From IMG/VR virus record IMGVR_UViG_3300045988_149079, positions 1 through 59,392 of that record: 59,392 nt of DNA; one strand, written 5' to 3'. Source of the stretch: a virus. The notes under the pieces were generated by a model. The model did no database searches, was not told where the DNA came from, and saw only the letters and a program-made list of their open reading frames with translations. Each line of letters starts with the position of its first letter. The stretch's first letter is position 1. The position numbers and the translations under genes were made by a program. Positions 26,736 to 35,393 of this stretch are shown here, piece after piece.

Positions 26736-28430
26736 ATGTTATATATAAGATTTGCACCCAGAGATAAACAAGCTGTAACAAAATATTCTGCATTCATTTC
26801 CTTTTCTTATAATCAATTCTATGTAACTAAAGTTAAGGAATTACCCGTTAGATTTTATCATGGGAATACTAAGGAATGGGAAATACCCAGTAATTTAGTT
26901 TCCTTAGTGCAGGAAATTGATGAAGTTAGATTCTTAAATGAAAAACCAGAAGAAGAAATAGATGTTGAGATTGATCCAAATGAATTTAAAACCAAACCAT
27001 TACCTCATCAGATAGATGGAGTTAAATATGGTATATTAAATAACAGTTGGTTATTAGGGGATCAACAAGGTTTAGGAAAAACAAAACAAATGATAGATCT
27101 AGCTGTTTGGAAAAAACATCATGCTGGATTAAAACATTGTCTAATAATATGTGGCGTAAATAATTTAAAATATAACTGGTTAGAAGAAATAGAAAAACAT
27201 AGCAATGAAACGGCCTGCATTTTAGGTAAAAGATTTGTTAGACCTAAACAAGAACCATCATTCGAAAATAGGCTGGAAGATTTAAAACAACTTCCTTCAG
27301 AATTCTTCTGGATAACTAATATAGAATCATTAAGATGTAAGCAAATGCCTAATAGTCATTATAAATCAGAAATAGTAGATATGATAAATGAACATATAAA
27401 TAATAAAGAACTTGGATTAGTAATAGTTGATGAAATTCATAAAGCAAAAAATCCTAACTCGGCGCAAGGTAGAGGGTTAATGAAAATAAAAGGATGTCCT
27501 AGAATAGGCTTAAGTGGTACACTATTAGTTAATAAACCATTAGATCTATTCATGCCCTTAGCCTTTATAGAAGCTATAAAAAATAACTATTATCAATTTA
27601 AGTTAAGGTACATAGTATCAGATCCTTGGGGACATCCTATTGGATTCAAAAATATGGCCGAACTAAGAGATATTATAAATGTTAATATGTTAAGAAGAAC
27701 AAAAGATTTATTAGATCTACCACCTAAAATAACTGAAAATATTTACTTAGAAATGAGTAAAGAAGAGGAAAGTATTTATAATGAAATACTAAATAAAACT
27801 ATACAAGAATGTGATTTAATAAAATCTCCTAGAGATAAGTTAGCTAGTTTAGTAAGATTAAGACAAGTTTGCTGTCATACTGGTTTAGTTAGCAGTAAAG
27901 TCAGAAAGTCAAGCAAGTTTGAAAAACTAAGAGATATTTTAGAGGAAGCTAAAGAAAATGGAGAAAAGGTAATAGTATTTAGTATGTTTAGGGAAGTAGT
28001 TTCCTTAGCTTTAGAAGAATTTAAAGAATATGATCCTTTACATATTTGGGGACAAATGAATCAACAAGAAATAATGGATCAAAAGAATAAATTCCAGAAT
28101 GAACCAGGCTTTCAAGTTTTATTTGGGGTAGTTCAAGCAGCTGGAACAGGTATAACATTAAATGAAGCTTCAATAGTTGTATTCTTAGATTTGCCTTGGA
28201 ATAAAGCAACTATGGAACAAGCAGAAGATAGAGCTCATAGAATTGGAACAAAGAAAACAGTGGTAATAATTAAATTACTAATGAAAGATACTATTGACGA
28301 AGCGATAGATAAAACGGTTATGAAAAAGGCAGGAATGGGAGAAGTTTTAGTTGATGGAAAGGATCCACAACTCTTCAGAGAATTCTTAGGAGCCGTATTT
28401 AGAATGAGAGGAGAAGGTTTTTTAAGATGA
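26736..28430 (+). CDS. SNF2-family DNA helicase/translocase
   Basis: Motif I 'GDQQGLGKTKQ', motif II 'VIVDEIHKAKN', motif VI 'QAEDRAHRIGT'. Confidence 0.85.
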   Translation: MLYIRFAPRDKQAVTKYSAFISFSYNQFYVTKVKELPVRFYHGNTKEWEIPSNLVSLVQEIDEVRFLNEKPEEEIDVEIDPNEFKTKPLPHQIDGVKYGILNNSWLLGDQQGLGKTKQMIDLAVWKKHHAGLKHCLIICGVNNLKYNWLEEIEKHSNETACILGKRFVRPKQEPSFENRLEDLKQLPSEFFWITNIESLRCKQMPNSHYKSEIVDMINEHINNKELGLVIVDEIHKAKNPNSAQGRGLMKIKGCPRIGLSGTLLVNKPLDLFMPLAFIEAIKNNYYQFKLRYIVSDPWGHPIGFKNMAELRDIINVNMLRRTKDLLDLPPKITENIYLEMSKEEESIYNEILNKTIQECDLIKSPRDKLASLVRLRQVCCHTGLVSSKVRKSSKFEKLRDILEEAKENGEKVIVFSMFREVVSLALEEFKEYDPLHIWGQMNQQEIMDQKNKFQNEPGFQVLFGVVQAAGTGITLNEASIVVFLDLPWNKATMEQAEDRAHRIGTKKTVVIIKLLMKDTIDEAIDKTVMKKAGMGEVLVDGKDPQLFREFLGAVFRMRGEGFLR

Positions 28431-28714
28431 AAGTTTACAATTTAAAGGATATTGCTAAAGAGTGTGGAGTTAAGGAAGGATCAATATTAAGTTATATTAA
28501 ATACTGTATTGAAACTAAGAAAGATATTCCTAATCCAATACCTTATCAAAGAAGTTATTATGTTTATGATGAAAAATCAGCTAAGAAAATAGCAGAAATG
28601 TTTAAGAATAAAAAAAGAGGGGAAATGGCTGAATATAATTATAAACATAATTGGGGAAGTAAATATCGAAGCAAATACGCTCGTAGCAAAGAGGATTCCG
28701 CTCAAAATAATTAG
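28427..28714 (+). CDS. Hypothetical protein (possible HTH DNA-binding)
   Basis: 95 aa with an ATGA overlap. The N-terminus 'LKDIAKECGVKEGSILSYIK' is HTH-like. Confidence 0.4.
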   Translation: MKVYNLKDIAKECGVKEGSILSYIKYCIETKKDIPNPIPYQRSYYVYDEKSAKKIAEMFKNKKRGEMAEYNYKHNWGSKYRSKYARSKEDSAQNN

Positions 28715-28720
28715 TTAAGT

Positions 28721-28752
28721 AAAAGGTAATGTAATTTATTACCTTTTTTCTT
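28721..28752 (+). terminator. Rho-independent terminator
   Basis: 'aaaaggtaat' (28721-30) pairs with 'attacctttt' (28738-47), then a T-run. Confidence 0.7.
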
Positions 28753-28801
28753 TGACTCGTTATACGAGAAATTAGAGGTCTTTTTTAAGATGACATAAAT
28801 A

Positions 28802-28810
28802 TCGTATAAT
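28802..28810 (+). promoter_or_regulatory. Conserved TCGTATAAT promoter-like element
   Basis: Exact 9-mer, 20 nt upstream of ATG 28831. Confidence 0.5.
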
Positions 28811-28830
28811 ATATTTGAGGAGGATAAATT

Positions 28831-29205
28831 ATGTTTGATAATCTAACAATGGAAGAAGTTGTAGATAAATTAAAGGAAGTTAGAGATGCTCAAAAATCAT
28901 TAAAAGAACAAGAAGATGCTTTAAAGAAAAGAATTTTAGAAGATGGTAGATCAGAAATTAAATCTGAAAATCATACAATGAAAATTCAAATAAGAACTAA
29001 AGAGGTATTCAATCAAGAAGCATTTATCGAACAATTTAAGAATGATTCATCATTCTCAGATGAATTGAAATCTAAAGTATTAGAAAGTAAATTAGTACTT
29101 AATGAGCAAAATCTAAATCAAGCATGTCAAGATGGTGAAATCCCTCTAGATTACGTTATTCCTTTCAATTCTGTAACTGAATCTAAAGTAATTTCAGTAA
29201 AATAG
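28831..29205 (+). CDS. Hypothetical protein
   Basis: 124 aa with SD 'gaggagg', flanked by terminators. Confidence 0.55.
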   Translation: MFDNLTMEEVVDKLKEVRDAQKSLKEQEDALKKRILEDGRSEIKSENHTMKIQIRTKEVFNQEAFIEQFKNDSSFSDELKSKVLESKLVLNEQNLNQACQDGEIPLDYVIPFNSVTESKVISVK

Positions 29206-29224
29206 CCTAAAAGGCTATTTTTTG
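29202..29224 (+). terminator. Rho-independent terminator
   Basis: 'atagcct' / 'aggctat' stem, loop 'aaa', followed by 'tttttgttg'. Confidence 0.7.
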
Positions 29225-29235
29225 TTGTCCGAAGT

Positions 29236-29244
29236 TCGTATAAT
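29236..29244 (+). promoter_or_regulatory. Conserved TCGTATAAT promoter-like element
   Basis: Exact 9-mer, 20 nt upstream of GTG 29265. Confidence 0.5.
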
Positions 29245-29264
29245 AATTTAAAGGAGGATTTTTT

Positions 29265-30284
29265 GTGATGATTGATGAAAATGGATACATAATTGAAGAA
29301 GAAGAATTAAATCAGGAATATGAAAGTTCTTATTTTCTAGTATTAACTAGCGAGGTATTAGAAGATGAAAGACTGACTGATTTTCAAAAATTATTGTTTG
29401 CAGCTATTACTGGATTATGCAAACAAAGAGGTTATTGCTGGGCTAGCAATGATTATTTAGAAAAGAAACTACATAGAAAGGTAACTCAAGTTAGTACAGG
29501 AATTTCTAAATTGGTTGAATTAGGATATCTAAATAGAGAAATAGTTTATAAAAGAAAGCAAGAAGCAAATGGAAAAATAGTTACTACTAAGCAAATATCT
29601 TATAGAAAATTGACTGTAAATATACCTAGAAAAAATGTAGAAAATAACGAAGACCAAAATAGGGGTATATTGGAAAATCAAAATAGGGGTATATTGGAAA
29701 ACCAAAACCAAATAAATAATAATATAATAAATAATTATTCCAATAATAAATTATTACATAATTTATCATCGGTTGAGCAGCAAGCAGCATCAACAGAAAT
29801 GGATATAAAAGATAATGATTATTTAGAAGAAAATAAAATTAAAAAGGATGATGTTGGTGATGTTGTTTTAGAGGATAATCTGAATAAAGATTCTAAAAAC
29901 GCGCCCGCCGCTCCCGCAGCAAAGCCTAAAGGAGGATTAGCACCACTTATAGATGAAATCGATAATTTCTTTAGTAAAGAAACTTATCCAGATATAAATA
30001 CAGCACTTAATCAATATCTACATTGTTACATTGGTTGCAGAAGATTACCTAGTTTAGAAAAATGGAAAGGTATGTTAAAAGATCTTATAGAATATTCTAG
30101 TTCAGTTATACCAGGAACTTCTGGTAAAAAAATAAATAGAGGAAAGGCTTTAATAATTATTGAGAAGGCAAGTAAAGGAAAAGATGGAGCACCGTTTACC
30201 GAATTCGATAACTTGTTTGGAAGTGAAGGAAATGAGATGGAACCTCAGTTTAATTTAAACCAAGAATTCAAAAAAGGCTTTTAA
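29265..30284 (+). CDS. Replication initiator / replisome organiser (winged-helix N-terminal domain, putative)
   Basis: 'FQKLLFAAITGLCKQRGYCWASNDYLEKKL...VSTGISKLVELGYLNREIVY' is winged-helix-like. Tandem iterons lie inside the gene, which sits upstream of the loader, helicase and primase genes. Confidence 0.5.
   Translation: MMIDENGYIIEEEELNQEYESSYFLVLTSEVLEDERLTDFQKLLFAAITGLCKQRGYCWASNDYLEKKLHRKVTQVSTGISKLVELGYLNREIVYKRKQEANGKIVTTKQISYRKLTVNIPRKNVENNEDQNRGILENQNRGILENQNQINNNIINNYSNNKLLHNLSSVEQQAASTEMDIKDNDYLEENKIKKDDVGDVVLEDNLNKDSKNAPAAPAAKPKGGLAPLIDEIDNFFSKETYPDINTALNQYLHCYIGCRRLPSLEKWKGMLKDLIEYSSSVIPGTSGKKINRGKALIIIEKASKGKDGAPFTEFDNLFGSEGNEMEPQFNLNQEFKKGF
29655..29702 (+). repeat. Two tandem 24-bp direct repeats (candidate origin iterons)
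   Basis: 'caaaataggggtatattggaaaa[t/c]' x2 (23 of 24 identical) plus a partial third 'caaaac', followed by a very AT-rich stretch. Confidence 0.85.
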
Positions 30285-30865
30285 TGACTTTAGAGGAAAG
30301 GAATAAAAAGGTTGAAGAAAATCTTCCTTTAGTTACATTTTGTTTAAAGAAACTAGGGAAGGATTTTAATGAAGATTATTTCCAACAAGGTGTTTTAGAG
30401 TTAATAAGATGTGTTAATAATTTCGATGAAAGTAAAGGAATTGCTTTTTCAACATATGCAGTAAAAAATATTAAGCTTTACTTAAAAGAATATATTATGA
30501 GAGATAAAGTATTAAAACCAAAAAGATGGGGAGGTACAGCAAAAGTTTATTCTCCTCCTTGCGATAGTTTTGATGAAGTTATTTATAATCAAGGAGGAAA
30601 TGAAATAAAACTTGGCGACACTGTAGCAGATAGAAGATTTGATGATAATGTTTTGGAAGGAAAAGAGTTTCTATGGGAATTGGATCTTTTAGTAACTAAA
30701 AAACTTATAACTCAATTAGAACTTGACATATTCTTAGAATATTACATGAATGGTTTAACTAAAACAATTATTTGTAAGAAATATAAGTTGGATAGAAGAT
30801 TTGTTAGTGATGCAATAAATAATACTATGAACATAGTCAGAAATAATTTATCGTATAATGATTAA
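30284..30865 (+). CDS. Sigma-70-family factor (phage-encoded), no. 1
   Basis: Region 2-like 'GIAFSTYAVKNIKLYLKEYI' and a C-terminal HTH-like 'LTKTIICKKYKLDRRFVSDAINNTMNIV'. Confidence 0.65.
   Translation: MTLEERNKKVEENLPLVTFCLKKLGKDFNEDYFQQGVLELIRCVNNFDESKGIAFSTYAVKNIKLYLKEYIMRDKVLKPKRWGGTAKVYSPPCDSFDEVIYNQGGNEIKLGDTVADRRFDDNVLEGKEFLWELDLLVTKKLITQLELDIFLEYYMNGLTKTIICKKYKLDRRFVSDAINNTMNIVRNNLSYND
30851..30859 (+). promoter_or_regulatory. Conserved TCGTATAAT promoter-like element (inside the 3' end of the sigma gene)
   Basis: Exact 9-mer, 21 nt upstream of ATG 30881. Confidence 0.45.
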
Positions 30866-30880
30866 GAGGAGGATGACATT

Positions 30881-31564
30881 ATGAGTTGCTTTAAAGATGG
30901 AAACGAATGTCCTTATAGAAAAAGTTGTAAAAATAAAGCTGAAGATGGTAGTTGCTATAAGATATGCCCTATATTTCATGAGATAAATTCTTTGTTTGAA
31001 TATGCAAATATACCTAGATTGTATTTACAACCTTTTCTTCTATATCCTGGTGAATATGATAGCGATAATTATTATACCTTAGCTCATATTAAGAAAAATA
31101 TTGAAGAATTAGTAGAAAAAGGTTTTAATTTGTACATACAAAGCGATAAAAAACAAAATGGAAAAACATCTTGGGCTATAAAGATATTACAAAACTATTT
31201 GCATTATAGTATTTTAAGACATAATTCCGAAAATAAAGGGCTATATGTAGATACAACAAAATATCTTAAAGATCTAAAACTAAGTTTTGATGATTATGAT
31301 AAGGATCTTAGAAGTTTTCAAAAAGATTTGGAAGAAGTTCAATTAGTTATTTGGGACAATATAGATGAAATGAAATTAAGTGATTTTGATAGAGCATATA
31401 TAAAACAAATAATAAAATCTAGATTATCTAATGGAAGAAGTAATATATTTGTAGGTAATAATTCTGGAAATAAATTATCTATTATGATAGGAGAAGATTT
31501 AAAATACTACGTAGAAAATAATAGTACAGTTGTTTCATTATTTTCAGAAAGAGGTGATAAATAA
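30881..31564 (+). CDS. Helicase loader-like ATPase (DnaC/IstB-like, putative)
   Basis: Cys-rich N-terminus. P-loop-like 'KKQNGKTSWA' and Walker B-like 'LVIWDNID'. Immediately upstream of the DnaB-like gene. Confidence 0.45.
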   Translation: MSCFKDGNECPYRKSCKNKAEDGSCYKICPIFHEINSLFEYANIPRLYLQPFLLYPGEYDSDNYYTLAHIKKNIEELVEKGFNLYIQSDKKQNGKTSWAIKILQNYLHYSILRHNSENKGLYVDTTKYLKDLKLSFDDYDKDLRSFQKDLEEVQLVIWDNIDEMKLSDFDRAYIKQIIKSRLSNGRSNIFVGNNSGNKLSIMIGEDLKYYVENNSTVVSLFSERGDK

Positions 31565-32835
31565 TGATCGAAGCTCAGGTTATTAGTAAATTATTAGAGG
31601 AAGGATCATTAGATGTACTTCTTGATAAGAATATATCTTCTGATTATTTTGTAACATATAATGAGGAAGCAAGATTTATTTATAGTCATTATAATGAATA
31701 CAGGCAATTGCCATCTAAGGAATCTTTTATAGGAAGATTTAATGAATTTGAGTTTACTGGAATAAATGAAAGTTGGGATTATTTAACAACAGCTCTAACA
31801 GAGAATTATATGTTTAGTGAATTGGCTAAGTTAATAAATTCATCAAGTAAGGTAATAGAGGATAATGCTTTAAGTGGATTCCAAATGCTAAAGAATAGAA
31901 TAACAGAATTAGAAGAAATAAGACCTTTGAGTACTGTTGATATAATTTCTGGAGCATCTGATCGTCTAAAAACATATGAAGATAAATTAAGTCATCCTAG
32001 CAATAATGTAATAAATATCGGCTTAAAGGAAATGGATCAGAAATTATATGGTTGGCAAATGGGAGAAGAATTAGTAACTGTAATGGCAAGAACTAATCAA
32101 GGTAAATCTTGGATCCTATTAGAATTCTTAATGAATGCCTGGAAACAAGGAAAAAGAGTTGGGTTATACAGTGGAGAAATGTCTGCTGAACAAATAGGTT
32201 ACAGATTTGATGCTTTATTAGAACATTTTAGTAATCTAAACCTTATGAGAGCAAATGATGGTGAAAAAGACAAATATAAACAATACATAGAAGAATTAAA
32301 AGAAAAGAAAAATTGTTTTGTTGTTATTACACCAAAAGATCTAGGTCACTTAGCTACTATAAATGATATTGATTATTTAATAAAAAAGAACAATTTAGAT
32401 ATTGTTGGAGTGGATCAATTTAGTTTAATGGAAGATTTTAGATCCAAAAAGGGTGATCCAATAAGAATTAGATTAGGTAATATAAGTGCTGATCTATTTA
32501 ATCTAAGCATGAAACATAAGATACCTATTATAGCATTATCGCAAGCAAATAGAATGGCTGCTAAAGGATCAACACCTGAATTGGAACATATGTCAGAATC
32601 AGATGCCATTGCTCAGAATAGCACTAAAGTTTTAAGTATGAGTAGGAAAGGTAATGAATTAAGAATTAAGGTAACTAAAAATAGATATGGACCAGTTGGA
32701 GACGAATTTGTTTATCTATGGGATATTGATACAGGACAATTTAATTTTAGCAGATATGGAGAAGAAAAACATGAAAGTAAACCAACTGATACTAGCCTTT
32801 CTAGAAATATTGATGCCGAGGAGAGTCCATTCTAA
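31564..32835 (+). CDS. Replicative DNA helicase (DnaB-like)
   Basis: Walker A 'ARTNQGKSW' and Walker B 'VGVDQFSLM'. N-terminal DnaB-like helical domain. Confidence 0.8.
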   Translation: MIEAQVISKLLEEGSLDVLLDKNISSDYFVTYNEEARFIYSHYNEYRQLPSKESFIGRFNEFEFTGINESWDYLTTALTENYMFSELAKLINSSSKVIEDNALSGFQMLKNRITELEEIRPLSTVDIISGASDRLKTYEDKLSHPSNNVINIGLKEMDQKLYGWQMGEELVTVMARTNQGKSWILLEFLMNAWKQGKRVGLYSGEMSAEQIGYRFDALLEHFSNLNLMRANDGEKDKYKQYIEELKEKKNCFVVITPKDLGHLATINDIDYLIKKNNLDIVGVDQFSLMEDFRSKKGDPIRIRLGNISADLFNLSMKHKIPIIALSQANRMAAKGSTPELEHMSESDAIAQNSTKVLSMSRKGNELRIKVTKNRYGPVGDEFVYLWDIDTGQFNFSRYGEEKHESKPTDTSLSRNIDAEESPF

Positions 32836-33797
32836 TGATAAGATTAGATAAAAAAGAAATATCAGCTGACGTTTACGATATTCTATTACAATTAAGAGAA
32901 TATATATCTAATAGAGATAACATTACTGTGTTAAAAGATATAAAAGATGGTCCAGATAATGTTATGATAACTTGTCCATTTCATAAGCACGGAGAAGAAA
33001 GAAGACCAAGTTGTGGTGTTAGTAAAATTGATAAAGATAGTACTCCCGCTGGAATGGTTCATTGCTTTACTTGTGGTAAGACTTTATTTATCGATAAACT
33101 AATTAGTACTGTTTTAGGATATGAAGATGATGGCGAAGAAGGAAGAAAATGGCTTCTAAATAATTTTGATATAACATTAACCAGAAAAATAGCTAATAAA
33201 GTATTAAAAAGAAGTAAAGAAAATAATAGTGAAGGCATACAATATATTGGTGAAAGGTTATTACAAGAATATAGATACTATCATCCGTATATGTTTAAAC
33301 GAGGTCTAACCGAAGAAATAATAAATAGATATGATATTGGCTACGATAAAATAAATGATATGATAACCTTTCCAGTTAGGGATAGGCAAGGTAGATGTCT
33401 ATTTATAGCTAAAAGAAGTGTAAAAGGTAAGATGTTTATTCTACCATCAGAAAAGGATAAACCACTATATGGAGTATATGAACTAAATTACAATGATCCA
33501 GATTTATATATTTGCGAAAGTTTCTTTAATGCTCTAACATTAGCGAAGTGGGGAATGAATGCTATAGCAATGATGGGAACAGGAAGTAAAACTCAATATG
33601 ATCTTATAAACAGATTACCTTTTAGAACTATTCATTTATGTTTGGATGGAGATTTTGCTGGAAGAATGGGAACAAAGAAATTATTATCAAATATAGTAAA
33701 TACTAAAATAGTACTTGCTCATATATTACCAGAAGGAAAAGATGTAAACGATTTGGATGAAGAAACCTTTAGAAAATTGGGGGTTTATAGAAGATAG
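32835..33797 (+). CDS. DNA primase (zinc finger + Toprim)
   Basis: 'CPFHKHGEERRPSC...CFTCGK' zinc finger. Toprim 'ICESFFNALT' and 'LCLDGDFAG'. Confidence 0.8.
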   Translation: MIRLDKKEISADVYDILLQLREYISNRDNITVLKDIKDGPDNVMITCPFHKHGEERRPSCGVSKIDKDSTPAGMVHCFTCGKTLFIDKLISTVLGYEDDGEEGRKWLLNNFDITLTRKIANKVLKRSKENNSEGIQYIGERLLQEYRYYHPYMFKRGLTEEIINRYDIGYDKINDMITFPVRDRQGRCLFIAKRSVKGKMFILPSEKDKPLYGVYELNYNDPDLYICESFFNALTLAKWGMNAIAMMGTGSKTQYDLINRLPFRTIHLCLDGDFAGRMGTKKLLSNIVNTKIVLAHILPEGKDVNDLDEETFRKLGVYRR

Positions 33798-33829
33798 GAA
33801 AAAAATTATGGAAAAATTCTTAAAAACTA

Positions 33830-33858
33830 TTGACTTATTTTTTGAAAGTCTATATAAT
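33830..33858 (+). promoter_or_regulatory. Consensus sigma-A-type promoter
   Basis: TTGACT (33830-35), N17, TATAAT (33853-58). About 115 nt upstream of the second sigma-like gene. Confidence 0.7.
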
Positions 33859-33973
33859 TAAATTAGAGTAAGAATAATAGATAACATAATAGGAAGGAGG
33901 ATAGTTGTTTTTATAGAAATGATTATTTAGTTTTCCTACTCCAAACAATCAGAAAGAAAGGTTTTAAGATAAT

Positions 33974-34543
33974 ATGATGAATGAAATTAAATTAATAGGG
34001 GATTGGGATTTGGAGAAATTAGTGATGGTTTATCAACAAACCAGAAATGAAGAATTATTTAAAAGGATATGGCAACTAGTAAAACCATTTAGTATTAAAA
34101 TAAGTAATAAATATCCTAGTATATCATATGAGGATAGAGAAAGTATTTCAATGCAAACGTTATGGGAAAGTTGTTTAAACCTAAAAGAAGGAAAAAAATT
34201 ATTGACAATGTATGGAACAGTTTTAAAGAATAGGCTATTTGATTTATACGCAAAACATATGCAAAGAGGAAAATATAAAATAAATTCCGAAGCCTATAGC
34301 CTAGAAAAAATGGCTGAAGACATAAATTATCAACCAAGTGTTGAAATGGATGTTTTTATAGAAGAAGATTTTTATAGAACTTGTGAACTAAGAAATATAG
34401 AAATTACTTTAGTTCAATTACTAAATCAAGGATATAAAAGAAGAGAAATAGCCAGAGAATTAAATATTAAAATAAATGAATATGATACTATGTTAAGGAT
34501 TATACAAAACAAAGTTGAGAATAACTGGTCCAAATCTTTATAA
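33974..34543 (+). CDS. Sigma-factor-like protein, no. 2 (divergent)
   Basis: 189 aa. The C-terminal 'LLNQGYKRREIARELNIKINEYDTMLRIIQNKV' is a region 4-type HTH. The N-terminal half is helical and region 2-like. Confidence 0.5.
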   Translation: MMNEIKLIGDWDLEKLVMVYQQTRNEELFKRIWQLVKPFSIKISNKYPSISYEDRESISMQTLWESCLNLKEGKKLLTMYGTVLKNRLFDLYAKHMQRGKYKINSEAYSLEKMAEDINYQPSVEMDVFIEEDFYRTCELRNIEITLVQLLNQGYKRREIARELNIKINEYDTMLRIIQNKVENNWSKSL

Positions 34544-34574
34544 AAAATACACCGAAATGGTGTATTTTATTTTG
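34544..34574 (+). terminator. Rho-independent terminator
   Basis: 'aaaatacacc' (34544-53) pairs with 'ggtgtatttt' (34559-68), followed by 'attttg'. Confidence 0.75.
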
Positions 34575-34580
34575 TGAATA

Positions 34581-34589
34581 TCGTATAAT
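34581..34589 (+). promoter_or_regulatory. Conserved TCGTATAAT promoter-like element
   Basis: Exact 9-mer, 31 nt upstream of ATG 34621. Confidence 0.5.
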
Positions 34590-34620
34590 ATATACAGGAA
34601 GCAAAAAAGGAGGAAATAAA

Positions 34621-35391
34621 ATGGCAAGATTGAATTTAGAACAAGCCGCTTCATTCCCTAATTCTAGTGGAGGAACTAGTTTTCTTTCATTACAAAATGA
34701 TGGGGATAGCGCTAAGGTAAGATTTGCTTATAATTCTTATCAAGACATAATTACAGATTCTGTACATGATGCTAAAAATAACGAAGGAAAGTTTAGACAA
34801 GTATCTTGTTTAAGACATAGTAATGAGGAACCATTTTCCGTTTGTCCTATGTGCGCAGCTGGATCACCAATTAAGAAAGTTATTTATTTCAATGTAAGAA
34901 ATGAAGAAACTGGAGAGATGCAAGTATGGCAAAGATCAGAAGCATATTTTAGAAATAATTTATTACCATTATTTCAAGATATTATGAATGATTACCCTAA
35001 TGTACCATTATGCTCAATTCCATTTAAAATTACAAGAAATGGTGCTAAAGGGGATCATAATACAAAATATGTTATTAGAAACTTACAACCAGATGGAATG
35101 ACATTAGATCAATTTCCAGAAGAAATAGATCCAGAGGAAAAAGGAATCATTAAGAAGTTTAGTTTTGATCAATTACAGAATTATGTCAATACAGGCGTTT
35201 ATCCTGAAGAAGGAAATAAAGCAACAAATGCAAACCAAGCAGTAAATGCAAACCAAGCAGAAGTAAGACCAAGAGATAGTTACAATAATTTTGGACAACC
35301 TGCAAGAGTAGAAAATTACATGAACAACGGCCAACAATATTCATCACCTATGAATACAAATCGTAGAACAATGAATAATGGTGGATTCTAG
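34621..35391 (+). CDS. ssDNA-binding protein (T4 gp32-like, putative)
   Basis: The His...Cys...CxxC spacing in 'VHDAKNNEGKFRQVSCLRHSNEEPFSVCPMC' resembles the gp32 zinc site. Asn/Gln-rich C-terminal tail. Confidence 0.55.
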   Translation: MARLNLEQAASFPNSSGGTSFLSLQNDGDSAKVRFAYNSYQDIITDSVHDAKNNEGKFRQVSCLRHSNEEPFSVCPMCAAGSPIKKVIYFNVRNEETGEMQVWQRSEAYFRNNLLPLFQDIMNDYPNVPLCSIPFKITRNGAKGDHNTKYVIRNLQPDGMTLDQFPEEIDPEEKGIIKKFSFDQLQNYVNTGVYPEEGNKATNANQAVNANQAEVRPRDSYNNFGQPARVENYMNNGQQYSSPMNTNRRTMNNGGF

Positions 35392-35393
35392 AA

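Noticed and set aside
29655-29702. Possible CRISPR-like array or other repeat arrays
   Set aside because: There are only two and a fraction contiguous repeats with no spacers, and they lie inside a coding region. No other repeat-spacer architecture is present anywhere in the window.
29897-29925. Isolated GC-rich patch 'gcgcccgccgctcccgcagc' in the initiator gene
   Set aside because: It encodes an in-frame Pro/Ala linker (NAPAAPAAKPK) between domains. It has no dyad symmetry or repeat partner.
35226-35260. Tandem 17-nt duplication 'aaatgcaaaccaagcag' x2 in the SSB gene
   Set aside because: It is an in-frame low-complexity duplication (NANQAV/NANQAE) in the disordered C-terminal tail, with no regulatory context.
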